Below are positions 61,801 to 64,000 of a stretch of DNA of 64,000 bases, in pieces. A program made the translations under genes and the position numbers. Under the pieces are notes generated by a model. It was not told the DNA's origin. It did no database searches and saw only the letters and a list, made by a program, of their open reading frames with translations. The DNA comes from Tubiluchus corallicola. Its lineage: Eukaryota > Animalia > Priapulida. The stretch's first letter is position 1, and every line of letters begins with the position of its first letter. Location: assembly GCA_030141605.1 (NCBI GenBank), contig JAQGDQ010000020.1, forward strand, positions 434,001-498,000. The letters are read 5' to 3'.

Positions 61801-64000
61801 GTAACACATGTATATCAGTTTACATTAAGGTAAGAACGAAATTTTGTTGGTTATTAAACTTTCACTTTTAAGACACGTCTCTATATTACTAAAAAGCAGC
61901 TAATTAGCTTTTCAAAAATAATGCGGTTAATTCATAAAAATGCTCAAATTGGTTATCATTTCCTGACGCAGCGTCGAAAAAACAAATAAAACAATGAAAA
62001 AGTGGATGTCAGTTTTGGACTAGCTAGTTGTTTTTTACGTATAACTAAAACAAATACCATTTAGTTGTTTTTAAAATAGTGAACAAAATACATTTTTAAG
62101 CACTAATTAACTGTGGGTACTGTGCTGCACATCGCTATGTTTCTCCTTCTCTTTTCTTCTTTCTCTAGTGAAGAAAGATCCGTTCTGATTTGTTCAACAC
62201 TTGGTCACTTGTTATAGTCCTTGCTTGGTAGTAAATTCCATTTTCCGTACGAGCTACTTGCTTTACGGCGCACCAGTATTTCAGATCAGACCTATGACTG
62301 CCTATCTTTTGCAAACGAAGCCATACAGTTATGTCAATTAAAACTTAACCTCTGCTTTGAACTGCAGCCTGAAGTGTCGTTCACTACGCTGCTTTCGGTC
62401 TTCTACAAGCAAAGAAGTAGGCTCCGCTGCAGTGTGTTTGAAATGAAATATTGCATTGGGTGAATGGCGAAAAGTAGTGTGGTCATCCGCATCCACAACA
62501 TTTCAGCCTGCAGTTTCAAAGAGAAGTTCACACTTTTTTGTCTAAGTCGTTTCTTATAAAGCTTTACATTTTCAGAATAGAACAGAGAGAATGTTAGATC
62601 CAAAAGCACGCAGCGCTTCACGGTTTTACACGGAGTATCTTTATCCAAGCCTGACGGCCGTTTTAAAAAGAAGTCCAGACGTAAAACATCACATGGATGA
62701 ATACGAAACACTGGATGCTACTATACAGGTCATCCAAAGGTTCATGACACAAGAAGAAATTGTTCTGGCATCTTGCACATTCTGCAAAGAGCTGATCCTT
62801 AATGAAGACAATACGATAGACAATCGTTTTGCATCTTACCTGATAGACAAATCTAAACTGGAATTTTTTATCAAAGTAGCTGTAAAATACTCAAAGGGTC
62901 ACATGGAAAATCTTCAAGTCCTGGTGACCAGCCTCGTGATAGTAGTTGCTCTCTGCGATGCACCAGAAGGTTTCAAGTGGCTCCAGAACAACTATCACAA
63001 GTTGAAACCATTTCTTACGACTTTTGAACGAATGTATTGCATTTCACACAAAGAAGATGAAAAGGCACACATTAAGAGGCTGTGGGAAGCCTTTGAAGCA
63101 AAGTTTAACGAAGTCGAGCAACAATTGGCTGCTGTTCATGAGAACGAGTTATTAAAATCCGAAGAGCGCGATAAGGCCAGAAAAGCCAGGAAGCGTGAAA
63201 AAAAGCGACGTCACCGAGAAAATTCAAAAAAACTAGATGGCAGTTACAGCTCCACTAGATCGAATGGAAGATTAGGAAATGAAGGAGACAGTGATGACGT
63301 AAACGAAATGCCGCATAATCAGCTTGAGGCAAAAAATAAATCCCCAGATGTCAAAAAATCAGAAACAACAAGTCCTTATAACGAAGACAGTGCCACAGAT
63401 AAGATGTCCAAAATCAAGAAGAAACCAAAACAATCTCAATGTAAGCTTAAACATGGCCAAGACGGAACAATTGAGGTTGAGAAATTATGGGAAGATAAAA
63501 AGCTCAAGGGAGATAAGGACAAAAATTCCAAATCATCTACTGATGAAACTATTTATGATGATTACACGAAGGGTTTAAATCATGGTTTTGCTTATCCGGT
63601 TGATGTTGGTGATAGATTTGAGGTTGTGGAAAAAGCAAAGAAAAAGACAAAGCATATAAAAAATTCAGAAGAAGAATTAAACCCTTGGCTTGCTTTTACA
63701 GATTCTGACTACCTGCTACCAAAAAACGTGAAAATAAGCAGAATCGAGATAGAGGATTTCATAAAGTGGACTGCTACAGAGAAAACCGCAACTGCTTTGC
63801 AACATGCAGAAGCAAAACATCCATCTTCTACCTTTTTAGCTATGTCACAGGATAACAAGAGCACATGTAGTCCACAAAAAGCGCAGAATGAAGTATCAAA
63901 AGTAATTAAACCAGGTAATGTAATAAAACCAAAAACAGGAGTAAAAGGGCAGGGTGAATCAAGCAAGCCACGAGAAACTCAAACCAAAACAACGCCTACC
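55622..64000 (+). CDS. Uncharacterised ankyrin-repeat protein with helical, coiled-coil/basic and low-complexity regions; 5' partial, continues beyond the right edge
   Basis: Exons 55622-55804, 56536-56640, 58740-58838, 59302-59406, 61078-61287, 61707-61829, probably 62218-62459, and 62581 (or 62576) to at least 64000. About six ANK repeats (DGATALLVSC..GADVNA; GETVLIIAAERG; DGNSALHLAAENG) on phase-0 exons. Confidence 0.85.
56536..56640 (+). CDS. Ankyrin gene exon 2
   Basis: ttgcag|..TLLVAASVGHVKAVEKLIE..VNA..|gtaagt. Confidence 0.85.
57655..57833. mobile_element. Small CGTAC-rich MITE-like inverted repeat
   Basis: TACATG..GTACGG/GTACGA repeats on the left; TCGTAC/CCGTAC..CATGTA on the right. 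Confidence 0.6.
58287..58343. repeat. Second fragment of the foldback 15-bp arm repeat
   Basis: ATGGTACAGGTAAAAATAGCACAGGAAAATTGGCGC.. matches the units at 47834-47930. Confidence 0.7.
58740..58838 (+). CDS. Ankyrin gene exon 3
   Basis: 99 nt, exactly one 33-aa ANK repeat. Confidence 0.9.
59302..59406 (+). CDS. Ankyrin gene exon 4
   Basis: DGSNAIMMATKNGNAANFSLLI. Confidence 0.85.
59732..59786. repeat. Short degenerate tandem repeat
   Basis: TATTGGCAG three times, GGCGAA twice. Confidence 0.6.
61078..61287 (+). CDS. Ankyrin gene exon 5 (two ANK repeats; not in the ORF track)
   Basis: GETVLIIAAERGWESCVDFLL; DGNSALHLAAENGYPAVLLKLLEA. Confidence 0.9.
61707..61829 (+). CDS. Ankyrin gene exon 6
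   Basis: AGITPVCLAL..ECKCSPKDCNTC..K|gtaaga. Confidence 0.8.
62218..62459 (+). CDS. Ankyrin gene probable exon 7 (boundaries uncertain)
   Basis: Phase-0 acceptor ttatag, open to GG|gtgaat; needs the AG at 62580 downstream. Confidence 0.5.
62581..64000 (+). CDS. Ankyrin gene long exon, open to the window edge
   Basis: About 470 codons with no stop in AT-rich DNA (checked by hand); absent from the ORF track because it has no stop codon. Confidence 0.88.

Noticed and set aside
1-64000. Most other 60-140 aa ORFs in the supplied track
   Set aside because: They are antisense or off-frame shadows of real exons and the LINE, or chance ORFs with non-ATG starts in AT-rich introns.

Overview
AT-rich animal (invertebrate; probably lophotrochozoan, which is an inference) genomic DNA with spliced genes; nothing here looks prokaryotic or CRISPR-like. 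I reconstructed three genes by hand from GT-AG boundaries with matching reading phases. (1) The 5' part of a PHLPP-family phosphatase on the minus strand (RA-like, PH and LRR regions; 10 exons, 41701 to 683, running off the left edge), split by a 23.9 kb intron. (2) A complete EFHC1/Rib72 gene on the plus strand (15 exons, 669 aa), head-to-head with PHLPP; the two ATGs are 394 bp apart. (3) The 5' part of an uncharacterised ankyrin-repeat gene whose last visible exon is open for about 1.4 kb to the right edge. Introns hold a dead near-full-length LINE, Tc1 and hAT transposase fossils, a foldback element and several MITE/Helentron-type pieces. I cannot demonstrate a new biological system. The best leads are a candidate alternative first exon that would give an N-myristoylated, PH-less PHLPP, an internal promoter-like site and Cys-rich exon-like islands in the giant intron, and the ankyrin gene's unusual architecture. 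All of these are hypotheses that need transcript or homology data.
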